From assembly GCA_964291235.2 (NCBI GenBank), contig OZ219816.1:32001-96000 (forward strand): 64,000 nt of DNA. Reading direction: 5' to 3'. The stretch is from Vicinamibacteria bacterium (lineage in GTDB: Bacteria > Acidobacteriota > Vicinamibacteria > Marinacidobacterales > Marinacidobacteraceae). The stretch's first letter is position 1; each line of letters begins with the position of its first letter. Below the pieces are notes generated by a model. The model was not told where the DNA came from, did no database searches, and was given only the letters and a program-made list of their open reading frames with translations. Shown here piece after piece: positions 27,507 to 35,820 of this stretch. A program made the position numbers and the translations under genes.

Positions 27507-29063
27507 CTACCGGATGGTCACCCGGGAGCGTTCGGCGAGGGTACCCTGGGCGCGCTCCACCGCGACGATCGCCTTGTTGTAGTCGATGATCGCTTGCAAC
27601 TCGTTGGCGCGCGCCTGCGCGAGGTCACGCTGCGCCTGCACGATGAAGTAGCTGGTGGTCATGCCGACCTCGAACTTCTTCTGCTCCGCATCGAGACTCG
27701 CCTCCTGCAACTCGCGGGCGACGCGACTGGCGTCAATCCGTCGCCGGTTCGTCTCGACCTGACGGACCGCCGTTCGAACTTCTTGCGCAATCTGAACCTC
27801 CTGAAGCCGGATGGTTTCCCGTTGCCGAGTGACCTCGGTCTGTGCCTGCGCGTGGTCCGCGTGGGCCTGATTCGGGCCGATGGGATAGGAGAACGAAAGG
27901 CCGACCTGCCAATCCCGGTAGTCGAATCCCCCCAATTGGGAAAGCGCGTCGCCATAGCCGCCGGGAATGGTCGCGACCGCAGGCCCGAAAAACCCCTCGC
28001 GCACCAGCTCGGTCCCACCGACTCCGGTGAGCTGAACAAGCCCAACTAGATCGACCTGAGGCAGCGTCTGGTTTCGGAAGAAACGCACGTCGTACTGATT
28101 GGTGTCCATCTGGACGCGCTCGGAGCGGAGTTCGGGCCGGCGCTGGAGCGCCACCCGGATGGCGTCTTCGACTTCAACGGCGTAGTCCTCGCTGGAAGGC
28201 GCGTCCACCGGCCGGATCTCCCCATCCCAGAATCCGACCCCGTCCGGATCGCGGATCAGCGCCTTGAGGGCGTCCTCGGTCTGGCGAATCTGCTCCTCCG
28301 CGACGATGAGGTCCTCTTCGCGGGCCGCCACCTCAGCCTCCGCCTGCAGCACGTCAATCGGAGCCATGGTGCCGACCTCGACCTGTACCTGGTTGTTGCG
28401 GAGCAGGTCGCCCGCCAGTTCGAGTGACTGCACCGCCACTTCGTGACTTCGCATGGCGAAGACCAAATCCCAATACGCGTTCTGGACATCCCGGAGCAAG
28501 TCCAGCACGCTGCGCTCAAATTCGTGTCCCGCCTGCCGTTCGCCGTTCTGCGAAACCAGAATCTGACGCCGCTGGGGGTCGGCGCGGAAGTTCTGGAGCA
28601 GGGGCTGGGTCACCTGCGCGTTCAGCGTGCTCCGGTAACGTGGATTAAAAGTGAAGAACGCGCTGTTCGTGGCCAGCCGGTTGTTGTTGAACTGAACCGA
28701 GTAGTTGGCCCCGAACGGCAACTGCTGCTCGAGGCGCAGGTTGTAGTTCAGGTTGTCGCGCTCGTTCTGTTCGGCTCCGTCAAGCTGGCTCTCCGCCGGG
28801 GAGAGACTCTCCGTAAGGTTTGTGTCCAGCACCATTTCCGGGGTGTACACCCGCCGGGCCGCCGAAAGCGCGAAGGTGGAAGACTGGCGTGCCAACCTCG
28901 AAATCTGGACGCTGAGGTTGTTCTCCAAGGCCTGCTGAATCGCTTCGTCGAGGCTCAGTTCGAGCGGCTGCCGCTGGCCGGCGCCGTCCTCCTCGGAAGG
29001 ACCGGCAAACGCCTCGCCGGCCAGACCGAGCGAAAGGACAAGAATTGCGGTGGTGGTGCGCAT
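27507..29063 (-). CDS. TolC-family outer membrane efflux protein
   Basis: Signal peptide, LSLDEAIQQALENN, QPLL, AYWDL, ALQRRPEL and two repeated halves. Confidence 0.88.
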   Translation of the reverse strand: MRTTTAILVLSLGLAGEAFAGPSEEDGAGQRQPLELSLDEAIQQALENNLSVQISRLARQSSTFALSAARRVYTPEMVLDTNLTESLSPAESQLDGAEQNERDNLNYNLRLEQQLPFGANYSVQFNNNRLATNSAFFTFNPRYRSTLNAQVTQPLLQNFRADPQRRQILVSQNGERQAGHEFERSVLDLLRDVQNAYWDLVFAMRSHEVAVQSLELAGDLLRNNQVQVEVGTMAPIDVLQAEAEVAAREEDLIVAEEQIRQTEDALKALIRDPDGVGFWDGEIRPVDAPSSEDYAVEVEDAIRVALQRRPELRSERVQMDTNQYDVRFFRNQTLPQVDLVGLVQLTGVGGTELVREGFFGPAVATIPGGYGDALSQLGGFDYRDWQVGLSFSYPIGPNQAHADHAQAQTEVTRQRETIRLQEVQIAQEVRTAVRQVETNRRRIDASRVARELQEASLDAEQKKFEVGMTTSYFIVQAQRDLAQARANELQAIIDYNKAIVAVERAQGTLAERSRVTIR

Positions 29064-29206
29064 AGGGTGTCTCCTGCGGAAAGAACGGGCGAGCGGCCCG
29101 GCGGAGGTCTCATCAACAAGACGCGCTCAGCCGGAATTTTCTACGGTCTCTCCATGAATACGAACGTGCCGGCCTCGGGGTTTCCCCGGTCCCTGGAGAA
29201 CCGGTG

Positions 29207-30004
29207 ATGGAGTCGGAGATTCGGGTCCGGCTGGACCTGGCCTACGACGGAACCGATTTCGCCGGCTGGCAGATCCAACCGGAGCACGAGACCATCCAGG
29301 GCCGGATCGAAGCGGCGGTCCGGCAACTCTACCGGTTGACTCCGGCCGACCGGGCGCCGGTGATCGGTGCGGGAAGGACGGACGCGGGAGTCCACGCCGA
29401 GGGCCAGGTGGCCCATTTTGACGCCCCACTGGCGATTCCCGCCGCTGGCATCCGGGCAGGCCTGAATGCTCTGTTACCCGCTTCCGTCCGCGTTCTGGCC
29501 GCCCGGGAGGTCCCCGCCGATTTCCACGCGCGGTTCGACGCGACGGGCAAGACCTACCGCTACCACCTGCTGTTCGGGGAGGTGGTGTCTCCTCTTCAGT
29601 CCAGGTTCGCCTGGCCGGTGGGCGACGGCCTCTCCGGGGAGGCCATGGAGGACGCCGCCCGCGCCCTGCGGGGCCGCCATGATTTCCGGGCATTTTTCAC
29701 CGCTCCCCCGGGGGAAGAGCCCCGGAGCCCGATCCGCAACGTTTTCGCCGCGCAGCTCACCCCGGCAGCAAACGGGCTGGTCTTCGAGATAACGGCGGAT
29801 GGGTTCCTCCGCTACATGGTTCGCCGGATGGTCGGAACGCTGGTGGCGGTGGGTCGGGGACAGCTTCCCCTTGATCGGGTGAGGGCCATGCTCCGGGACC
29901 CGGAGGCCCCCGGACCCCGCTTCCGGGCTCCCGCCCGCGGACTGCGACTCCAGAGCGTCCACTATGGCGATCGCGGCGCCCAGGGCGCCTCCCCCGTGAG
30001 TTGA
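29207..30004 (+). CDS. truA: tRNA pseudouridine(38-40) synthase
   Basis: YDGTDFAGWQ, AGRTDAGVHA, FHARF, GFLRYMVR. Confidence 0.95.
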   Translation: MESEIRVRLDLAYDGTDFAGWQIQPEHETIQGRIEAAVRQLYRLTPADRAPVIGAGRTDAGVHAEGQVAHFDAPLAIPAAGIRAGLNALLPASVRVLAAREVPADFHARFDATGKTYRYHLLFGEVVSPLQSRFAWPVGDGLSGEAMEDAARALRGRHDFRAFFTAPPGEEPRSPIRNVFAAQLTPAANGLVFEITADGFLRYMVRRMVGTLVAVGRGQLPLDRVRAMLRDPEAPGPRFRAPARGLRLQSVHYGDRGAQGASPVS

Positions 30005-30138
30005 GCCCAGGGGAGAAACGGCCTGCGCCCCGGGACCGAAGGAAACGGCGGCCAGGCGGAAGCGTCACGCTCCGGCCGGCATCCACCGTCGCCCGAACGC
30101 CGCGTGGTTTGTTCGCGCACTGCTAAATTGGCCGGCTC

Positions 30139-30915
30139 GTGCCCGGGAGCTCAGCGACCTTCGACATCGCTCCCGAGGAGGAAACCGCCGAACTCCTGAC
30201 CCGGATCGACCGGACCCGGCTCCCGCTCCACGTGGCGGCCATCATGGACGGCAACGGGCGCTGGGCGGCCGCCCGCGGCCTCGCAAGGGTCGAGGGGCAC
30301 GCGGCGGGCGTGGAATCGGTCCGGGACACGGTGGAGGGCGCAGCCAGCCTCGGACTCGGGGCTCTCACCATGTTCGCCTTCTCGATCGAGAACTGGAGCC
30401 GGCCTCCCGAAGAGGTCGAGGTGCTGATGGAACTGGTCAAGCGCTACCTGCGCCTTGAAACCGAGAACCTGATCGCCAACGACATCCGGTTCCGGCCCAT
30501 CGGCCGGCTGCATGAACTGCCGGCCGACGTCCAGGCGATGATCGAGGAGACCCGCCAGGCGACCGAGAAGTGCCAGGGGCTCAGCCTCAACATCGCCCTG
30601 AACTACGGGGGCCGGGCGGAAATCGTGGATGCCGCCCGGCGGATCGCCGAGCAGGCGGCGCGGGAAGGCACGGCGCCCGATCTCGACGAACACACCTTCG
30701 GGAATTACCTCTATACCCGGGGACTGCCCGATCCGGACCTCCTGATCCGCACCAGCGGCGAAGTACGGGTCTCCAACTTCCTCCTCTTCCAGAGCGCCTA
30801 CACCGAATTCTGGACAACCCCCACCTTCTGGCCGGATTTCCGGCGGCGGCACCTTTTCGAGGCGATCCTCGCCTACCAGCGCCGCAGCCGGAGGTACGGC
30901 GGGATCTCCAAGTAG
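30139..30915 (+). CDS. uppS: Undecaprenyl diphosphate synthase
   Basis: IMDGNGRWA, FSIENW, NYGGR, IRTSGE.RVSNF, RRYG. Confidence 0.96.
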   Translation: MPGSSATFDIAPEEETAELLTRIDRTRLPLHVAAIMDGNGRWAAARGLARVEGHAAGVESVRDTVEGAASLGLGALTMFAFSIENWSRPPEEVEVLMELVKRYLRLETENLIANDIRFRPIGRLHELPADVQAMIEETRQATEKCQGLSLNIALNYGGRAEIVDAARRIAEQAAREGTAPDLDEHTFGNYLYTRGLPDPDLLIRTSGEVRVSNFLLFQSAYTEFWTTPTFWPDFRRRHLFEAILAYQRRSRRYGGISK

Positions 30916-30927
30916 CGGTCGGCCGGC

Positions 30928-31752
30928 ATGCGGCGGGTGATCAGCGCGGCGGTGGTCGCCGCCGGAACGCTGGCTCTGTGCCTGTTGGTACCGGGATGGG
31001 TTCGCCAAATGGCCATCCTGTTGGCGGCCGTCTACGCCTGCCGGGAGGCGGCCCGGATGGCGGGGACAATCTGCGCGGCGGACGGCGGAGAGGGAGACGT
31101 CGAACCCGCGCGGATTCCGCTCCGGGGCCTGGTCGCAACCGTCGTCCTGATGCTTCTCGTGGCCGGGCTCGGGATTTCGAGCGGCCCCAGCGCGTTGCCG
31201 ATCGCGGCCCTGACCGTCCTCGGCATCTTCGCCCTAACGCTACCGGCAACGCCCCGGGCCCTCGGCTGGCTCGGGGCGATGGCGCTGGCGGCACTCTGGA
31301 TCGGTCTCCCAGCGGCGGCGCTCCTCGCCGTGAGTTCCGGAGCGAACGGAGGCCGGAGCCTGCTGTTCTTGCTCGCGACGGTGATGGTGGGCGAAGCCGG
31401 CGCCTTCTTCGGTGGCAAGCTGATCGGCGGTCCGCGACTCGCACCCTCGCTCAGTCCCGGCAAGACCTGGGCCGGCTTCGTCTCCCAGTTGGCGTTCGGC
31501 GCCGCCGTGGGAGCGGCGGCCGTCCCGCTCCTCCCCGGTCCACTGGGTCCGGGAGCGGGCGCCCTTCTCGGCGCCTGGCTCTCGGCGGCAGCGGCTCTCG
31601 GCGATCTCTTCGAGTCGTTTTGGAAACGGGCTTCCGGGCGCAAGGACAGCGGGCGGATCATCCCCGGGCACGGCGGCCTCCTCGACCGCATCGACGGCGT
31701 CCTCTTTGGGGCCTTGGCCCTCGCCGCAGCCGCCATCGTCCTACCCCTCTGA
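30928..31752 (+). CDS. cdsA: Phosphatidate cytidylyltransferase
   Basis: SPGKTWAG, GDLFES.WKR, KDSG, PGHGGLLDRID. Confidence 0.92.
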   Translation: MRRVISAAVVAAGTLALCLLVPGWVRQMAILLAAVYACREAARMAGTICAADGGEGDVEPARIPLRGLVATVVLMLLVAGLGISSGPSALPIAALTVLGIFALTLPATPRALGWLGAMALAALWIGLPAAALLAVSSGANGGRSLLFLLATVMVGEAGAFFGGKLIGGPRLAPSLSPGKTWAGFVSQLAFGAAVGAAAVPLLPGPLGPGAGALLGAWLSAAAALGDLFESFWKRASGRKDSGRIIPGHGGLLDRIDGVLFGALALAAAAIVLPL

Positions 31753-31794
31753 GGAAGGGGCGCCGCGGCCCCGGAAGACGCGGGGCCGGCCCGC

Positions 31795-31871
31795 TCAGCC
31801 CGACAGGTCAGCGCGACAGATCAGCCCAACAGATCAGCCCAACAGATCAGCCCAACAGTCAGCCCAACAGG
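31795..31871. repeat. 13-bp tandem repeat x6 (TCAGCCCAACAGA)
   Basis: Six copies, the outer two degenerate. The last copy is the rseP 3' end including its stop codon. Confidence 0.9.
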
Positions 31872-33193
31872 CCCGTCTTCGAAATGTCGAGGTAGATGAC
31901 GAGCACAAAGACGAGCAGCATGAACGCGGCGCCCGCGACCATCAGCGCCTTCCGCACGCCGAGGCTGAGGTCCCGCCGGGCGGCTGACTCGACGAGCAGC
32001 ACGGCGATCTGTCCGCCGTCGAGCACGGGAATCGGCAGCAGATTGAGCACTCCGAGACTGAGGCTCAAAAGCGCCATGAGAAGCAGGATTTCGGTGGGTC
32101 CGCGACGCAGTGCTTCGCCCGAGGCCTGCGCTATCCCGATGGGACCCGAGAACTGACGCGGCGAGCCCTGGCCTCGAACCACCCGGCCGAGTTGGGTGAC
32201 GGTGAGGGTTCCCCACCGCGCGGTTTCGGAAACCGCCTCCTGGAGGGCGTTCGGAATCGATTCGGCTCTTACGCGCCGGAAGGGCGGCCGGAACTGCACG
32301 CCAACGCGGGGATAGGCCTCCCCGCTGTTCGGATCCTCGAAGAGCTCGGGCACCACGGGCACGACCATTTCACTCTGATCCCGCTGGATGCCCAGGGTGA
32401 TCTCTGGAACCGCGGTCGAACGCTCGCCAACTGAAGAGCGCACCAGGGCCGAAACTTCGCGGGTGCTACCCACCGGACTGCCGTTGAGGTGCACGATGCG
32501 GTCACCCGGCGCCAGACCCGCCAACGCAGCCGGAGTTCCGGGGAGGACAGCTCCGATGATCGGGGGCGCCGGGGGATAGATCCCGGCGTCCCCGATTGCG
32601 TCAACACCTTCCGAAGCGATCGGGACCCGGAAACCGCGCACCCTGCCTTCGCGTTCCACTTCGAACGCGACTTCCTGGTCCGGCCGCACGATGATCTGCT
32701 CCAACGCGGTGCGCCAGTCCGGAACGGGCTCGCTCGCGATCGTCAGAATCAGGTCACCCGCGCGAATGCCGGCCTGGCCCGCGGGCGAGTCCGCAGCCAG
32801 GTAGGAGACGACGGGAGGATCGGAGAGCCCCACCCTCCGTTCCATTCCGACATAGAACAGCCCGGCCAGGATCACGATCGCCAGCAGGAAGTTCATGGCC
32901 GGTCCCGCAAAGAGGATGGCGAGCCGTTCCCCGCGAGTGCGGTTCTGGAGTTCAGCGGGGTCGGTGCCCCCATGTCCGGGCGCGTCTCCGGCCATCTTCA
33001 CGTAACCGCCGAGCGGCAGGAGGCCAACGGTCCAGTCGGTATCGCCGACCCGGCGCCGATAGATGTTCGGCGGAAATCCGATCGAGAAAGTCTCCACCCG
33101 GACGCCGATGAAACGCGCCGCCAGGTAGTGGCCGAACTCGTGGACGACGACGAGCGTCCCCACGACGACGACGAAGGCGATGATGGTGAGCAT
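31859..33193 (-). CDS. rseP: RIP metalloprotease RseP
   Basis: HEFGH, PLGGYVKM, AGP.MN, two PDZ-like domains, NLLPIPVLDGG. Confidence 0.95.
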   Translation of the reverse strand: MLTIIAFVVVVGTLVVVHEFGHYLAARFIGVRVETFSIGFPPNIYRRRVGDTDWTVGLLPLGGYVKMAGDAPGHGGTDPAELQNRTRGERLAILFAGPAMNFLLAIVILAGLFYVGMERRVGLSDPPVVSYLAADSPAGQAGIRAGDLILTIASEPVPDWRTALEQIIVRPDQEVAFEVEREGRVRGFRVPIASEGVDAIGDAGIYPPAPPIIGAVLPGTPAALAGLAPGDRIVHLNGSPVGSTREVSALVRSSVGERSTAVPEITLGIQRDQSEMVVPVVPELFEDPNSGEAYPRVGVQFRPPFRRVRAESIPNALQEAVSETARWGTLTVTQLGRVVRGQGSPRQFSGPIGIAQASGEALRRGPTEILLLMALLSLSLGVLNLLPIPVLDGGQIAVLLVESAARRDLSLGVRKALMVAGAAFMLLVFVLVIYLDISKTGLLG

Positions 33194-33198
33194 GGTGT

Positions 33199-34386
33199 TC
33201 AGCGAACCGTGGCGGGAGCGCGATCCGCAACCAGTTCGCGGGCATGGGAGCGCGCCCAGGCGTCGGCGCGAGCTACGGATTCCAGATCTTCGGGTTCGGT
33301 GGGGTTGTGGGCGTCCAGCGTCGCCCCCACCACTTCCGAAATGCCGGGGAACGAGATCCGGCGGTCGAGAAAGGCCTCCACGGCAACTTCGTTCGCCGCG
33401 TTCAGTACCGCCGGGGCATCGCCTCCGGAGGCCAGCGCGTCGGCAGCGAGGCGCAGGCAGGGAAAGCGGTTCGGATCCGGTGGCTCGAAGCGGAGGTCGA
33501 GTGGCTGATCGAACGGCAGCGGATCGAGTCCCGTCGGCAGGCGTTCGGGCCAGGTGAGCGCGTATTGCACCGGTGTTCGCATGTGCGTGACTCCAAGCTG
33601 GGCGAGGATCGAGCCGTCCTCGAACTCGACCATGGAGTGAACGATGGATTCCGGATGGACCACCACCCGAATGGCCTCCGGCGTTTGATCGAAGAGCCAG
33701 CGCGCTTCGATCATCTCGAGCCCCTTGTTCATCATCGTCGCCGAGTCGATGGTGATCTTGGGCCCCATGCGCCAGGTGGGGTGGCGAAGCGCGATTTCCG
33801 GCGTCGCCTTCGCGATCTCCGCGGCCGAAGCGGTCCTGAACGGCCCACCGGACGCGGTCAGCCAGATACGGCGGACGGGATCCCGACGGCCGGCGAGACA
33901 CTGGTGGATGGCAGCGTGCTCGCTATCCACTGGTATCAGACGGGCTCCGGACGCCGCCGCCGCGCGCGCCATCAACACTCCGGCAGCCACCAGCGACTCC
34001 TTGTTGGCGAGGCCGACAACTTTTCCGGCGTGGAGCGCGGCGAGCGTCGGACGAAGCCCCGCGGCGCCCACGATCCCCGAAATGACGAACCCCGCGTCCG
34101 GCGCGGTGGCCGCCTGCTCCAACCCCGCGGCCCCCCCAACGACCTGAAGCCCCGGGAGCCGCCGCCCATAGCTGTGTTGGAACTCCTCCGCCGCTTCCGT
34201 GCGGCCAAGGGCCACGAGTTCGGGACGGTAGCGCTCGCAAAGAGCGAAGAGCCGTTCGCTGCAGCGACCGGCGGCAAGGGCGACGACCCGGAATCGGTCG
34301 GAGTAGCGATCCACCACCTCGAGCGTCGTCGAACCGATGGACCCCGTCGCCCCCAGGATGGAAACGCCCCGGATTTCGGGGCTCAT
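33199..34386 (-). CDS. dxr: 1-deoxy-D-xylulose 5-phosphate reductoisomerase
   Basis: LGATGSIG, LANKES, PVDSEH, TASGGPF, HPTWRMGPKITIDSAT, NAANE. Confidence 0.97.
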   Translation of the reverse strand: MSPEIRGVSILGATGSIGSTTLEVVDRYSDRFRVVALAAGRCSERLFALCERYRPELVALGRTEAAEEFQHSYGRRLPGLQVVGGAAGLEQAATAPDAGFVISGIVGAAGLRPTLAALHAGKVVGLANKESLVAAGVLMARAAAASGARLIPVDSEHAAIHQCLAGRRDPVRRIWLTASGGPFRTASAAEIAKATPEIALRHPTWRMGPKITIDSATMMNKGLEMIEARWLFDQTPEAIRVVVHPESIVHSMVEFEDGSILAQLGVTHMRTPVQYALTWPERLPTGLDPLPFDQPLDLRFEPPDPNRFPCLRLAADALASGGDAPAVLNAANEVAVEAFLDRRISFPGISEVVGATLDAHNPTEPEDLESVARADAWARSHARELVADRAPATVR

Positions 34387-34492
34387 CGCGTGGTACTCAC
34401 TCGGGCAGGTCTGCTTTTTCCGACAACTCGACGATTGTAGAGCGGCGAAACACCCGATTCGGGCCCGTAGCCACTCTCTCGTCCGCGCTTAG

Positions 34493-34690
34493 CAGCCTGT
34501 GGCAAAACCCCCGCGGCGTTCGCCGGGCGATGCATCCCGGCTGAACCGCGCCTCTGTGAGGCGCTCATCGTTGCGTTTCGGCCGAAATACACCCGGTATT
34601 CCTCCCTCACGCGCCTTGTCAACCGGATCCCCACCCGGGCTAACTGGGCCCCACCACTCTTGGCGCTCACGGGGGTTTCACCACCGGCCA
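34493..34690. mobile_element. MITE-like structured repeat, copy 2 (198 bp)
   Basis: First ~128 bp differ from copy 1 at three positions. Same TIRs, flanked by TTAG...CTAA, with a longer variable segment near the right end. Confidence 0.75.
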
Positions 34691-34710
34691 CTAACATTCG
34701 TGGCCGCCGC

Positions 34711-35820
34711 ATGAAAATCGATCAACTCACCCTCCGCGAACTCCGACTCGACCTCAAATTCCCCTTCGAGACCAGCTTCGCGCGGGTCACCGAGCAGCAG
34801 TTTCTCCTCGTGGAAGCCCGGGTGAATGGGGTCAGCGGCCATTCCGAGTGTGTCGCCGATGTCGCTCCGGGCTATTCCTACGAAACGGTTCGCACCGCCG
34901 AGCACATCATCCGGGATTTCCTCTGGCCGCTGGCCGCCGAGCGGGACTACCTCCATCCGGACGAGGTCGTTCCTTCCTTTGCACGGGTGCGAGGCCACAA
35001 CATGGCCAAGGCGGCCATCGAGATGGCGGTGTGGGACGCGTTTGCGCGCCTCGAGGAGAAACCGCTCGCCGGCGTGCTCGGAGGCACCCGCTCCCGCACG
35101 GTCTCGGGGGTCTCGATCGGGATTCAGGACACCGTGGAACAACTCCTGGAGAAGATCGGGCTCGAGCTCTCGCGGGGCTACCGGCGGATCAAGATCAAGA
35201 TCAAGCCCGGCTGGGACGTGGACGTCGTGCGGCGGGTGCGGGAGCGCTATCCGGAAATGCCGCTCATGGTGGATGCGAACAGCGCCTATAGGCTGGAGGA
35301 CGAAGCCCTGTTCCGGGAACTCGACCGGTTCGGGCTGATGATGATCGAGCAGCCCCTCGAACACGACGACATGTGGGACCACGCCGCGCTCCAGCGCGAG
35401 ATCTCGACGCCGGTCTGCCTGGACGAATCCGTCCATTCCGTCGCCGACGCCCGCCGGGCGATCGAGATGAAGGCGTGCCGCATCATCAACATCAAGGCGG
35501 GAAGGGTTGGGGGGCTCTCGGCGGCACGCGACATCGCTCGACTGGCCGAAAGTCACGGCATTCCGGTGTGGTGCGGCGGAATGCTGGAGAGCGGCGTCGG
35601 GCGGGCCCACAACATCCACCTGTCCTCCCTGTCCGGCTTTTCGATGCCAGGCGACGTGGCCGCCTCCGAGCGGTACTTCACCGAGGAAATCATCGAGCCC
35701 CCAGTCACCGTGGATCCCGATGGTTCCCTCCCGATCCCCACCGGCGAGGGAATCGGCTTCGCGCTTCGGGAAGACGTAATTCGCCGCCACACCCTTTGCG
35801 AAACCACGCTTTCCCGCTGA
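34711..35820 (+). CDS. menC: o-succinylbenzoate synthase / N-succinylamino acid racemase (enolase superfamily)
   Basis: PFETSF, GHNMAKAA, GVSIGI, KIKIKPG, DANSAY, EQP, DES, NIK, WCGGMLE, PGD, which match the NSAR/OSBS subfamily. Confidence 0.85.
   Translation: MKIDQLTLRELRLDLKFPFETSFARVTEQQFLLVEARVNGVSGHSECVADVAPGYSYETVRTAEHIIRDFLWPLAAERDYLHPDEVVPSFARVRGHNMAKAAIEMAVWDAFARLEEKPLAGVLGGTRSRTVSGVSIGIQDTVEQLLEKIGLELSRGYRRIKIKIKPGWDVDVVRRVRERYPEMPLMVDANSAYRLEDEALFRELDRFGLMMIEQPLEHDDMWDHAALQREISTPVCLDESVHSVADARRAIEMKACRIINIKAGRVGGLSAARDIARLAESHGIPVWCGGMLESGVGRAHNIHLSSLSGFSMPGDVAASERYFTEEIIEPPVTVDPDGSLPIPTGEGIGFALREDVIRRHTLCETTLSR

Noticed and set aside
31795-31871. Possible CRISPR array
   Set aside because: 13-bp units with no spacers and no cas genes; a simple tandem repeat.
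34383-34712. 109-aa ORF through MITE copy 2 overlapping the dxr start
   Set aside because: Mostly translated repeat sequence; the same peptide appears at 11004..11261 only because of the repeat.
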